Shown piece after piece: positions 11,501 through 24,900 of a stretch of 64,000 nt of DNA. The stretch covers positions 26,957,175-27,021,174 of the forward strand of contig NC_092677.1 in the NCBI RefSeq assembly GCF_964355755.1, given 5' to 3'. The notes beneath the pieces are model-generated. The model saw only the letters and a program-made list of their open reading frames with translations. It did not search any database and was not told the origin of the DNA. The first letter of the stretch is position 1. Every line of letters begins with the position of its first letter. Position numbers and translations under genes: made by a program. The DNA is from Antedon mediterranea. Lineage: Eukaryota > Animalia > Echinodermata.

Positions 11501-13826
11501 TTTCCTGAAAAATTAATAACCAACATCATTATTTTTACAAATTAATATTCATCAGCATTTATACTTTGTCGCAGACTATGTCACCATATTTTAAACGTCG
11601 CGGTATTCGAAAGTTTTTAAGCCTTTAATAATAATAGTCAATTCTTATATAGCGCTCTACAAGCAAGCTTCTCTAAGCGTTGAACATTATTACCCTAGTT
11701 ATTTTTTGATCAAACACGTGTGGAAACATACTCCCATAAAGTTGTGTCTTGATCTAACCAGGTACCCATTTATACACTTGGGTGGAGAGAGAGGCAAACG
11801 TAAGTAAAGTATCTTGATTCTTGCTTAAGGATACAAGCAATGCGGCGAAAGTTGGATTCGAACCTCGGTTTCACGATCAGTCGTCCAACGTCTAACACCC
11901 TGCGCCACATGCCCTCACATCATTATGCAAATGATGAAAGAAGAAGGCCTAGTGCCCGATACAATGCGATTCTTTCCATAATGTTTACAGAATAGAGACA
12001 ATTTGTTCAAAAATTGAAACGCCAAATTGGCGAACTTACCTTTTATCATGTTTATTAGACCGATTAGTATGATGAGAAAAAGAGCAAATAACTTGGCAGC
12101 CGTGAAAATAATCTGAATTGATGTCGCCAGTCTAGCGCTGTATCCGTTAATTATCATCAAAGTTACTGTAACACAAAAACAATAAAAAGTAATCAATTAG
12201 TTACCGGTGACGGCATGTACCCATTCACATCGCCTAGCAAAACCCTGGAGTTTACACACATTACGGGTGAAAGGGCGTCAATTCTGGTGTGTTGATATAG
12301 CAATGTGAAGGAGTTATGTTCGTCAACTGTGTAAGTGAGGTTCTAGACGATAATTATAAAAAACTGATGTGATGCTGATGGTATATGATGATGATAATGA
12401 AGACAATGATGATGATGATGATGATAATGAAGACAATGATGATGATGATGATGATGATACTGAAGACAATGATGATGATGATGATGATGATGATGATACT
12501 GATGATGATGACAATGATGATGATAATGAAGACAATGATGATGATAATGAAGACAATGATGATGATACTGATGATGATGATAATGAAGACAATGGTGATG
12601 ATGATGATAATGAAGACAATGATGATGATGATGATGATAATGAAGACAATGATGATGATGACAATGATGATGATAATGAAGACAATGATGATGATGATAC
12701 TGATGATGATGATGACAATGATGATGATAATGAAGACAATGATGATGATGATACTGATGATGATGATGACAATGATGATGATAATGAAGACAATGATGAT
12801 GATGATGATACTGATGATGATGATGACAATGATGATGATAATGAAGACAATGATGATGATACTGATGATGATGATAATAAAGACAATGATGATGATGATG
12901 ATGATGACAAATGATGATGATGAAGACAATGATGATGAAGATGATGACAATGATGATGATGACGATATACTTCATAGAAACAGTAGTATAATTGTCTTAC
13001 AAACACAAGCTGCTGCCAGCAGTTTAGTTGCCAGGGCGGGCGCTGGGCAATTTTCGAAAAACGGTACAGCTACGTAGTCGGCAAATGCCAGGCTTATGAG
13101 AGCGATACTAGATGTACGAAGCACAAATATTGCCGTCCATGAAAACAGATAAGCCCACACGTTACCATAGGTGTGCTTTAAGTAAGCGTATTCGCCTCCA
13201 GATTTAGGTATCATTGTACCCAGTTCGGCATAACAAAGAGCACCTACGGTAAAATAATTAATTCAGCAAAATTGAATTATGAATTGTTATTATTATTACT
13301 TTTTTTGTACAAAACTTTATTCTCAAGGGTTAAGTTCTGTCTACACTATCAAACTTTATGTTTAAAAAATGTGTTATGTGCCCATATATGGACACGATGA
13401 TGTCATATCACTAACATTATTTGGGTACATCAAACTTTTTTTGTCAAACTAGTTTGGTAGTGTAGACAGAGCTTTATATACAAATTATTTTTAAAGTAAA
13501 CAATTTAACAATTATTTAAAAGATATGTAATAATAATATATTATAATTATTAATATTAATATTATATTATATTATAATCCAATTAACATACCACATGTAG
13601 ATATTATACCACACACGGTCCAAACAATTATACTAGCTCCGACACTTCCCGAAGCCATCAATACACCTTTCGGAGATACGAAGATTCCCGAACCTATCAT
13701 ACTGCCGACGATCAAAGAGATACCGCCGATCAAAGGAATGCTTCTTTCAAGCGACACGGTTTCTTTTTGTTTTTCATCCTCAACTTTTTCCCCTTCGTTT
13801 TGACGTTTCCTTACTTCTGTCTCCAT
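8593..13826 (-). CDS. SLC7A9: b(0,+)-type amino acid transporter 1-like (SLC7A9-like) paralog A; 11 coding exons, 489 aa
   Basis: Exons 13592-13826, 13001-13243, 12040-12165, 11399-11504, 11122-11166, 10623-10746, 10383-10486, 9783-9879, 9353-9502, 8933-9101, 8593-8663. All GT-AG and phase-compatible, total 1470 nt. Motifs [50 protein letters not shown]. Confidence 0.9.
8735..8900. mobile_element. Degenerate MITE-like repeat; related copies at ~9170-9345 and ~9538-9672
   Basis: Shared (A/G)ACCAATCAC...GTGATTGGTCAACT internal inverted repeat and CGCAA/TTGCG tracts in three consecutive introns. Confidence 0.5.
9920..10064. mobile_element. PIF/Harbinger (Tourist-like) MITE, family AGCTCTGTCTACACT
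   Basis: TIR AG(C/T)TCTGTCTACA...TGTAGACAGA(G/T)CT with TAA duplicated on both sides. Confidence 0.8.
11626..11912 (-). mobile_element. tRNA-derived SINE
   Basis: Minus strand shows A-box-like GTGGCGCAGGGTG, B-box GGTTCGAATCC, a central AAATGGGTACCTGG and a (TAT)n tail. The body matches 26178-26387. Confidence 0.7.
12365..12965. repeat. Compound (GAT)n microsatellite in intron 2 of paralog A
   Basis: ~600 bp of GAT with recurring GATAATGAAGACAAT and GATACT variants. It produces the low-complexity ORFs in the track. Confidence 0.97.
13333..13473. mobile_element. Tourist-like MITE, AGCTCTGTCTACACT family
   Basis: TIRs present, TTA duplicated on both sides. Confidence 0.85.
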
Positions 13827-13853
13827 TTCTATATCTATGAAAGACATAAATTG

Positions 13854-15059
13854 AACTAGATTTGAACTCGTCACTACGGACGAGTTAGGTTATCCGCAGC
13901 GCAAAGGCCACGTGCACGTCATACATATTGCGCGCAGAAAAACGATTAAGTCATTGAAAACAATTTCAGTTTGCTCTCTATTTTTCGTCACGTCTGAGTA
14001 TATACGGTATACACTATATACTGTATACGTACTACATACAGTGCAGAATAGGTGAAAATAAGTGACCAAAGTTATTGACGCTTTTGAACATGATGACGTC
14101 ATCACAATTTTGAAATGGTGAATCGTGCGAAAGATAATTGATAGACCTAGACAACATAAAAAAATGGGGGGAAATGGAATACAAATAAGTGGAGATGCGC
14201 TATATTAAATGTGACGAGCTACAAGGAAAGAGACAAAAATCCTATATTTTATATTCGAGTGGCCATACGATGACGTCACAATGTCCGGTTAGCCATATTG
14301 ATGCATGATTTGATATCTGCAACTCATCTATTACCAGAATATGTAATTATAAAAAAGTTCACCACGTAGTTTAGAATCTATGACTGTTTAAAAAAAGGCA
14401 TAATTTTGACAAATTTTTGAACTTTTTCATCAAAAATGCGCGTAAATTGTTTAATTCTACGTGCTCGTATGACGTGATTTTAAGTCGAAATTGTTTGAAA
14501 GTTGGTAAATTTTCTAAAAAAGACAGGAAAAACAAAAATCAAGCAAAAAAATGATGTTTTTGCGCTACGTGCGCACGTGCGCGTAAAAAAATTGCGCACG
14601 CGTGGGAATTTTTGAAATGCTCAAAATGACATGAAACGCGTAGAAAGTTGATTAGATATTGATTTTTCGCATTTTGAAATTTTAAACGCGCGTGCGCGCG
14701 TAAGTTTTTGTGAAACTTGCCATTTTTAATCCATAGAAAGTTTGCGCATTATATGACTTAAATGTTCACCAAGTTTCAATACAAAACGACTTTTAGTTTT
14801 TATTCTATGATCAATAATTGAAATTCATAAAATCGTGCGTAACTTACGCTGCGCAACTCGGACGTGACCGAAAACCTTATTACGACATCTTCAGATAGAG
14901 ATCAATCTTCTAATAAAGTTATACAATGTTATGTTAAGAAGATTTAGAGATACACTAGCAACAAAATTCGTGGAAAGAAAGAAGAAAATAGAAAAAAAAG
15001 AAAAAAAAAAAAAAAGATCCTGACAATAACAAGAGGTTATCCGCCAAGAGCGGATAACC
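13854..15059 (-). mobile_element. HINE (non-autonomous Helentron), copy 1, ~1.2 kb
   Basis: On the minus strand: 5' hairpin GGTTATCCGC...GCGGATAACC, matching subterminal IR near the other end, stem-loop CTCGTC...GACGAG and a CTAGTT end. No TSD. Highly similar to 16029-17243. Confidence 0.8.
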
Positions 15060-15546
15060 AATTTAACGATTATTTCATGAAGTATAGCCTATGAATATTA
15101 ATCACGTCTTGTCAGGATATCAGTTTGTTATTAAAGTTATCTGTAATTCTGATAGTATTACGGGCGGTGTTCGTCCAAAGTCCAATAGCATTATGATGAA
15201 ATGTATATTATTCTTAAGTAATCAATCAAACAAAAAGAATGAATTAATTTATTTCGTTATGATTATAAATTATAAAAATAAAAAAAATTATTTCGTATTG
15301 CTAAACGATTATAAATGAATACATTTATCAGTTGTACACACTAGATTATTCAGGCGATATTCAGAAAACATTTGTTTGTTAAGGCGATGATTTTTTAAAA
15401 CGCTATCGGACCATATAAATTACAATAAAACACTGTATTATATATATAAAACGGGACATAAGAACCATTTGAATAAAAGAAAAATTTAAAAATATAAAAC
15501 AAAATACTATAAATGTTTAATAAATATGTAAAAACAATTAACTTAC

Positions 15547-15595
15547 CTTGTAATTTAGACGCAGCTTACACTATGCAACACCTGGTAGACTGAGT
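15547..15595 (-). promoter_or_regulatory. Candidate non-coding first exon/TSS of paralog A
   Basis: Strong donor AAG|GTAAGT at 15547/15546 and an Inr-like TCAGTC at ~15588-15593 on the minus strand. Confidence 0.5.
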
Positions 15596-16028
15596 ACATA
15601 ATGACAGTAGAGATACTTATCGTTTGACAGATATTGCATTGGGGTCGCTGTCTTTTGTAGGCAGTCTCAAAGTCTAATTGTTGGTATCACTGGGGCCCGT
15701 TTGCCAAAACAATTTAGAATATTTTATAATAAAAATAGGCTACAATAAATAAATTAATAAATATTATATTTGAAATAATAATTATTATTTATAAAATATG
15801 TTTATTATTTTTTAAAGTTTTTTTAATTAGTGATAATAATGTGTCCCTTAATAGAGGTGTCCCCTGAATAGGGGTTGGCTGTAGACAAACATTATTTTAC
15901 ACCTAATTTGTTTCAAAGAAAAATGTTAGTATGGATGTCTTCTGAATATTCTAGTCCCAAATGAGGAGGTGTTCTACTGTACAATCCTCCTCCCTCTGGT
16001 AGGCATTACATAGAAGGAAAACAAGATT

Positions 16029-17243
16029 AACTAGATTTGAACTCGTCACTACGGACGAGTTAGGTTATCCGCAGCGCAAAAGCCACGTGCACGTCATACG
16101 TTAGAATATTGCGTGCAGAAAAACGATTATGCCACTGAAAAAAAATGTTAGTGCGCCCTCTATTTTGTGTCACGTCTGAGTATATACGGTATACACTATA
16201 TACTGTATACGTACTACATACAGTGCAGAATAGTTGAAAATAAGTGACCAAAGTTATTGACGCTTTTGCAAATGATGACGTCATAACAATTTTAAAAATG
16301 GTGAATCAATCGAAAGATAATTGATTGACCTAGACAATATATAAAAATGGGGGAAAATGGAATACGGATAATTGGAGATGCGCTCTATTAAATGTGATGA
16401 GCTATATACGAAAGAGACAAAAATCCTATATTTGATATTCGTGTGGCCATACGATGACGTCACAATGTCCGGTTAGCCAAATCGATGCATGATTCGATAT
16501 CTCCAACTCATCTACATTCAGAATATGTAATTTAAAAAAAGTTCACCACGTAGTTTAGAATCTATGACGTTTTAAAAAAAGGCATAATTTTGACAAATTT
16601 TTGAACTTTTTCATCAAAAATGCGCGTAAATTGTTTAATTCTACGTGCTCGTATGACGTGATTTTAAGTTGAAATTGTTTGAAAGTTGGTTAATTTACTA
16701 AAAAAGACAGGAAAAACAAAAATCAAGCAAAAAAATGATGTTTTTGCGCTACGTGCGCACGCGCGCGTAAAAAAATTGCGCACGCGTGGGAATTTTTGAA
16801 ATGCTCAAAATGACATGAAACGCGTAGAAAGTTGATTAGAAATTGATTTTTCGCATTTTGAAATTTTAAACGCGCGTGCGCGCGTAACTTTTTGTGAAAC
16901 ATGCAATTTTTAATCCATAGAAAGTTTGCGCATTTTATGACTTAAATTTTCACCAAGTTTCAATACAAAAAAACTTTTAGTTTTTATTCTATGATCAATC
17001 ATTGAAATTCATAAAATTGCGCGTAACTTACGCTGCGCAACTCGGATGCGACTGAAAACCTTATTACGACATCTTCAGATAGAGGTCAATCTTCTGATAA
17101 AGTTATACAATGTTATGTTAAGAAGATTTAGAGATACACTAGCAACAAAATTCGTGGAAAGAAAGAAGAAAATAGAAAAAAAAGAAAAAAAAAAAAAAAG
17201 ATCCTGACAATAACAAGGGGTTATCCGCCAAGTGCGGATAACC
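16029..17243 (-). mobile_element. HINE (non-autonomous Helentron), copy 2
   Basis: Same termini as copy 1. Inserted without TSD into one unit of a 61 bp tandem duplication. Confidence 0.85.
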
Positions 17244-17466
17244 AATAAAGACATAAGCAATCCTCCTCCCTCTGGTAGGCATTACATAGAAGGAAAACAA
17301 GATTAATAAAGACATAAGAAGTCAGTTTCATTTTCAGTTGCATATTGTTCATTTATATTCAATTTGTTCTCATCATTATTTATCTATGGTTTACAACATT
17401 CAGTCAATTCATTATATTATGTAATTCACAGCAAATATACACAACTCGTGACAATAATATATGATA

Positions 17467-17820
17467 TGGGATAGTATGACCTGGGATAATACGACCTGGG
17501 ATAGTATGACCTGGGATAGTATGACCTGGGACAATATGACCTGGGATAGTATGACCTAGGATAATATGACCTGGGATAGTATAACCTGGGATAGTATAAC
17601 CTGGGATAATATGACCTGGGACAATATGACCTGGGACAATATGACCTGGAATAGTATGACCTGGGACAATATGACTTGGGACAATATGACTTGGGACAAT
17701 ATGACCTGGGACAATATGACCTGGGATAGTATGACCTGGGATAATATGACCTGGGACAATATGACTTGGGACAATATGACCTTTGATAATATGACCTGGG
17801 ACAATATGACCTGGGACGAT
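17467..17820. repeat. 15 bp minisatellite (ATGACCTGGGACAAT), ~23 copies
   Basis: Direct reading; source of the MTWDN/GHIVP pseudo-ORFs. Confidence 0.97.
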
Positions 17821-18900
17821 AACGTTCAATCATTAGCTGCATGAAAACATGCGTCTGAAAGTTGTCATTATGATCAGTATTTAAACGTGTTTGTTAAAAA
17901 AAGTTTGCTTTCTTCATGATTTCATTCACAATATCTGTATTACAAAAACATGACAATTGCAAAAACAAAACCTAATGTACTGCCTCAGCCCCCATGGTGT
18001 ATAATGCCAATCCGCATATCACTTGATTTTATTGTTCATTTCAGTTCATTTCTATTTCAAAGAATATTTAAAATACCTTATAACATTTTACCTTTACTTA
18101 AAATTGTATAATAGATTTAAAAATTACAGTACTTAAATATTTTAAGTACTTTAGTTTTAGCAGATTGTCTAAGTTACTTTAAGGTGATGTCTGTTAAAAA
18201 ACCAAAAATAAAAATTTCTAGTTATTTCAGTCATAATTAAAATTTCATACAAAAGTTTGGGTTAAAAAAATATAAAAATTAAAACACTTGTATACCATTC
18301 TGGTATTTAATATAATTATTTTTAATTTGAGATTTCTGTATTGAAATGTTTAATATATTTAATTATCACAGTTTGCTTAACTTATAGCAAAAAAAATCAT
18401 TTCATGAGAACAAACAAGCCACAACAAAACCACAAAAAAAAAATGCATAATTAAAAAAAATTTACATTAAAATATTTTGTACAATTTCAAACTTAAAAAA
18501 GACTGTGCATATTTGTGTTTATGTATTTTGAATCTATAAGTGACTTTTGACTTTAAGCTTATTGACTAACGATTCTTTAAAATACTATTTTTGAAATAGT
18601 GACATTAAAATATTTACTCATTATATAACAATTAAAACACCAAATACTTTTAACCTAAAGGCTACTCTAAAATGCGTCGCTTCCAGCCAATCAAAACAAC
18701 ACGTCCTCGTCATGACCTCTGACATGGTACTCTCCGTTAACATAGAAAATTGATTCATAAAATCTGTTGACAGCCTTATACACCTGTAAGCAACGCGGAA
18801 ATGAGTGGCATTTAGCCAGTCCAGAGCGCAAGAGCTCAACGAATCATGCAAATTACCAAATGCTAGCGGCAGAATAAAAACGGATGTGAGGTACGTCATG

Positions 18901-21900
18901 TTACATTTTGCCATCTTCGCCAATTTCTGGGACTTCATATGCAGACGGTGCGACTTCAAATAAGAGTTGAAAAAAGTGAGTAACTTTTCCTGCAATTAGA
19001 AAAGCAAGTAAGAATTAAAAGAGAACTGTTTAGTAACAATGCATTCAATGTATTTATATGATCTAGCTACTAAACCATCACAAAATCTTCCTCCAAAGAA
19101 ATTGCCTTAAGCTCTGTTTACACTATTAAACTAATTTGACAAAAAAAGTGTGATGTGCCCAAATATAATAGTGATATGATGTCCATATATGGGCACATCA
19201 CATGTTTTTGTCACATAGTTTTAACTGTAATAATTAATAAATCAACCAGTTGATGGTACTAAACTCAGAACCATCCAAAAGTTAACATTTTCTTTTTCTA
19301 TACTCACCCATAAACTTTGGATGGTAACGAAAATGCACAAAGGGAAAATAAAATATAAGTCCTGCGATGATGAACAGAAAAGCGTAAAGGTACGCCATCG
19401 CTGGCTCATCGATGATTGGAGCAATGATCAAGTATACGGAACATATCAAGATGACGATAGGGATAAACAGCGGAACCTGCAAGCAAAGCAACCCAAGTGA
19501 AGTTACATACTGCTGTACAATAATGTTATTACAATGCTTTTCTATAAATGGCACTTGTCCAAGTATAACGCTCTGTCTTCACTATAAAACTAGAGTGACT
19601 AAAAAAGTGTGATGTGCCTAAATATGGTAGTGATATACCCAAATATGGTATTGATATGACATCGTCATGTCCATGGGCACATCACTTTTTTTTTGGTCAC
19701 ATAAAGTTTGATAGTGTAGACAGAGCTTACAGTGTTTTAAAGGTAAAGTATTTATTCTGGTCCTCAAGCTAGAAACTGAGTAAATTCAAATTTAAGCCCT
19801 CCTGGGACTCACGGCAACCAGCAGTGCAGCACCTACCAGATCAGCACACAGGGAGACAATCCCCTTCTCTTAATACTTTCTACAATACTTAATTACACTA
19901 TTTACCTGTGGCGTAGTATACAGAAAATAATGCAAGCTTTATAAGGCACTTCAACTTACTTTGATAGGACGATAAATGTCAGGTTCTCTATATCGTAGAA
20001 CTAGCAGAGCAGACACGGTTCCTCCGTAGAATAACCAAGCTGAGAAACTGAAGTAGTTGACAAGCGACTCAAAGTCCCCTGGAATCAACATGATGATGGC
20101 TACCAAAGACTGTTGGCAGCAACAATTGAGAAAGCAGTTTAAAATCACATTATAAATGATCCGTATTATTAATATTATTAATATATAAAATATCAGGAAC
20201 AAAATAAAAATTCTAAACCGCCCGGTGATGTACTGAATTTATTCAATTAATTTGAAATGATAAAGATGAGTAAATCCGTGAGAATGCGAAAAAGTCGCCC
20301 CAACCAAGATTCGAAACCCGGAACCTTCTGCTTGATGTGCATATGTTATAACCATGAGACCACTGGGGCTTTCATGGTATTGTTCAAACTTGATTGGATA
20401 GCGACTCTTTTAACATTCTCAGCGTGGTACAGTGGAACAGCATTAGCACGTTCATTGTACGCACGCGCACCAGAGATCAAATTGACATGCCCTTATCTTT
20501 TCAGTATTATTACTATTAATATATATTTTGTATGCCTATACTGATACAATTGCGCTCTAATCTTACCGTAAATACGAGAGCAGGGAAAGGTGTGTATCGT
20601 TTGACATGTACCATGGAGATGACCTCAACCATGTGACCTTCACGTGCTGCTACGTATGCCAATCTATAGCAACCAATTAGAAACATTGTTAATATTGAAC
20701 ATAAAGGGTCTCTCACCCAGGATCTCATTTTGTAAAAACATCTTAGGTGAGTTTTTGATTTTCAGGAGAAATATTTTTACAATGCCAGTAAAGAGATAAA
20801 AGAAGAACAAATGTGAATGTAAAAGGTGAAGATTGTGAACAAATTAAAAATTAGTAATAAATTTGTCAGAATAAATATGTGAAATATACTGTATATAAAG
20901 AAAACGAAATATATACATATATAGTTATCATATAATTATTACATCAAGTTAAAAAAAAACACAACATAAGAGCAAAAAAAGTGAAAATGTGTTACTTGTA
21001 TTAACAAACAGCACAGTGATGTGATAATGTTAGTTTTGTTTGAATCAAGGAAAAAAAAAAGTTCTACACAAAAGAAGTATGAATGTCTCCCTCTTGTGAC
21101 CAGTTAGTGCAACAAACTTTTTTAAGGTCTGTCTACACTATCAAACTATTTTGACAAAACAAATGATGTGCCCAAATATAGTAGTGTTATGCTTAAATAT
21201 GGTAGTGATATAGTAGATAGTGTAGACAAGGCTTTATACATGTTTTAAATGACTTCGTTTCTACAGTAAATTTTAAACTACTATTAATATAAATTTTAAA
21301 GAATATTGTTAGCTTGCTTCTGTCAAAAGAAAGAAAGAGTAAAGATAATAATTATAATAATTAATAAATAAATGTTGAAACTAGAATATTCAGAAATCTA
21401 AAAATAGATCATGACAAAAGCTATAGAATACACAAAAAGTATGTTAAAATTTACAACTATATCTATCACAGGTCAAGGGTCAACCACAAATGACGGAATG
21501 CAGTTTTTGTTTACCTTCCTGATGTGAACAACGAACCATTTGTTGCACCAAAAGTGGAACAACAAACAAAAAATGGGATGATCCAAGCCATAGGGCCCAG
21601 CGTGCGGTCCGCAAACGTCTGTGGGTGATATGATGTATGTAAACGTATAAATGGTAGCGTTATTTTCATTCACATATAGCAGTATAACAAACTATTATGA
21701 AACATGCAAATAAGGTTCATTTGTCCTCATGCTAATGTCACACCAATTTTGGTTCTAATACTCACCAGCTAACATACATGTAATTGTGCATTTCACTGAA
21801 ATTTTTTCCACAAAAAGTAAGATTTATGAAATTTAAAATAATTTAAAATTGAATGGCGCCACCAACTGTGTTGCTTGGTTTGGTAAACTTTCTGAAATTT

Positions 21901-24900
21901 CCCCAAAATTCTACAAATTTGAATGTTTTTTTAAAGTTGGCAGGTCAGGTATTATATATACCAATTTTGGTGAGACATTAGTGAATAAAGTTGCCTAAAT
22001 TAGTTCAGCTCTCAGCGAACACAAAAATGAAAGAGCTGTTGCATTTTCCTTGTAACTAAAAATGCTAACTTAAAATTGCTAAATGTTATGGTACAGTACA
22101 AACATAAATCGCAATAAGTTTAAATGGAAAAAAAAAGCTGAAAAAAATAATAAAAATAACTGAAAACAAAATATACAAAATGTAAATGTCATTACTGCAG
22201 CTACTGAGGTACTGAAAGGATGGTTTCCACAATCCTGAAATATGCGTATGTAAACGTAAAACTGAATATCAATGATTTCAAAATAATGATAATTATATGT
22301 TCAAAGCACTAAATGTTTTATTATATTAATGTATTTCTGTTGCTATGGTAAACAGCATGGTTGCTAAGAGACACAAGTAAACTATAAACGTGATGCGATA
22401 TATTCTCATTGATGTATTGGTAATATAGATCTTTTTCAGAAATGAATTGAACCCAGTTGGTATGTACTGTAGGATGGGGGACTTACTGATGTGCCACACT
22501 CCAACTGAATGTGCAAACACAAACCGTGCATTAAGCAGTGAACTATGTATGCTATGAAGATAAAATAGCATGTATGTTAGTATGAAAGGCAAGGTGAAGA
22601 AAATAATGAAAGAACAAAAGAAATGCTTTTAAGCAAAATGACAAAGCCTACACTTTCTACTGGATGGTGGTAAGTTATTTAAATTATTATAATCACTTCA
22701 TAGAATGAGGTCGTTTATTCACCTCAATACAGATGGGAATTGGACCTATCCCCTATGACCTATACCTCCCTATCAAACTAGTTTGACACAAAAAATGTGA
22801 TGTGCCCAAATATGGTAGTGATATGACATCATCATGTTTATATAATGGTCACATCACATTTTGTTGTCACATAAAGTTTGAGAGTGTAGACTTCATTAGG
22901 CCTGGATTCAGAAGAAGTAAACTTCAAAGCAAGGAGCAACAAAGTGATTTGATCAATCACAAGCGATAGATTATTTGAAGCATTATGGTTGACACTAAAA
23001 TTATTAGGATTTTAAAACAGTCGAAGATGTCAACCAATTACAGTGGGACTTAAGGTCAATGTTCATGAGAAAAACCAATGTCCCAACCTGCGTAAACGCA
23101 ATTATTTATGACTTACTTTATCTATCATGGGACAGATGATCTTTTATTTATTTATTACCATATTTAATGAGGGTGGCCTATACAGTTCCAGTGAAGGAAT
23201 TAATAATTAAAGGCCCTTGATAAAACATACAAACATATAAAATATTAAAACCACCAAAGATTGTGTAGGCATTGTCTTTTGTTAATATGCAGTGAATTAT
23301 TATACCTTCCAGATGTAAATAGAGAACCATTACAGGCACCAAAGGTAGAACAGCATACAAATATTGGCATTATCCAGGCCATTGGCCCTAGCGTACGTTG
23401 ACTGAACGTCTACAAATAGCGCATAGATAATAATAAAGCAGTGAAGATGTATTGTCTTTATGTTGATAAGTTGTTGTTAAGTCATAATAAAGTTTGGCCA
23501 ACTTGTTTATGGCTATTGAGGATTGAAAAGAGTGGCAAGTCCCAAGACAGTTGGCCATTTTGTAGAAGTGGTCAAGTCCATCCTTAAGACAGTTGACCAT
23601 TCTGTAGAATGGTCAAGTACCAGCATTAAGACAGTTGGCCATTTTGTAGAAAGTGGTCAAGCCCTAAGCCATCCTGTAGTAAGCAGACACATTGGTCAAG
23701 TCCCATCCTTTGTGAATTAAAAATAACAATTGTTTATAAATTATCGGCTCTTATTAGGATCAAAGAAATCAAATGAAACAATTAAATCTTATTCTTAATT
23801 TATATTTATAATATTTTTGAATGATTAATAGATAATTTTAAAATAAAGACAATACATCTTTTAAATTAGAAAAGAACATGAAGTGTATACTACAAGCAGC
23901 ATTCTAATAAAATTGTTAAAAACCTGACAATCTATCATTTAAAGAAATCTATTTATAGAAAACTTGGTAACATTGATTTCACAGCTGCTGGATAAACCGG
24001 ACACTACATAATTATCCAAATTTCTATTCATAACATTTTTTTAACATCTTCAACAAACTCGTATGCATTCTTCATATGTTGGAAAATCATTTTTTTATGT
24101 ACAGAATTTCAACATCTATTTTTGTAGAAACAAGGCCGACTTCACACTTTTACAGGAAATCAAGTAAGGCGGTAAGTCCACAACGACCTTCACAACTAAG
24201 TTTTTGACATTAAAAGTTTTTAATGATAAAGCATAAATCTATGTACGTGCTATTTAAAATTAAATTCAATACCATGATAATTACTTCACATACATGCAAT
24301 ATAACTTTATATGTATAAGGAAAACATGCAGTATTTAAGTATGTAAATAGGACATTAAGTATATCAGATTTGTCCTGTATGTGCTATATGTTCTCTATGG
24401 GTTTTTTATAGTCACAATTTGGATAAGATTTTACTAAAATGCTTATAGTCTGTCTGAGTTGTGGTGCGCTTAAATCCTTTATCTTTTATATCGAATTGAG
24501 TATCATTACAATTTTTTCTATCATGGTTGTACTCTAATTACTGTATTTGGATTGTAAAGGCTTTGCTAAACGGGCATGGAAAAAGAGACGGGAAAGCAAC
24601 CATTGAAATGATGAAAACTTATACGCACGTCGCTAATCATATACTGTAATCGTAAATGTCTATCGTATACTTCGCCAAAAAAAAAAAAAAAAAAAATATG
24701 GACACCACGATTATGTATATTTAAAATGTAAAGTACAGTACAAGTGTTTATGTGTAGAAAATCAGTCATGCATATAAAAAAAACAATTGACAGGTAATTG
24801 ATACAATTGAAGAAGGATGAAAGGAAATCAATTTAAATTAATACACCACAAAATAAGTCAAATTATTATTTTAAATGGTAAGATAAGCTGGTGCTTTACT

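Noticed and set aside
12323-13077. Poly-Asp/His/Ser/Met/Ile ORFs
   Set aside because: Translations of an intronic (GAT)n microsatellite.
17404-17844. Repetitive ORFs in four frames
   Set aside because: Artefacts of a 15 bp minisatellite; no splice or coding context.
24542-24643. Possible third copy of exon 7 (AG...GT-bounded 102 nt)
   Set aside because: In-frame stop, wrong phase and no recognisable similarity to 7a or 7b.
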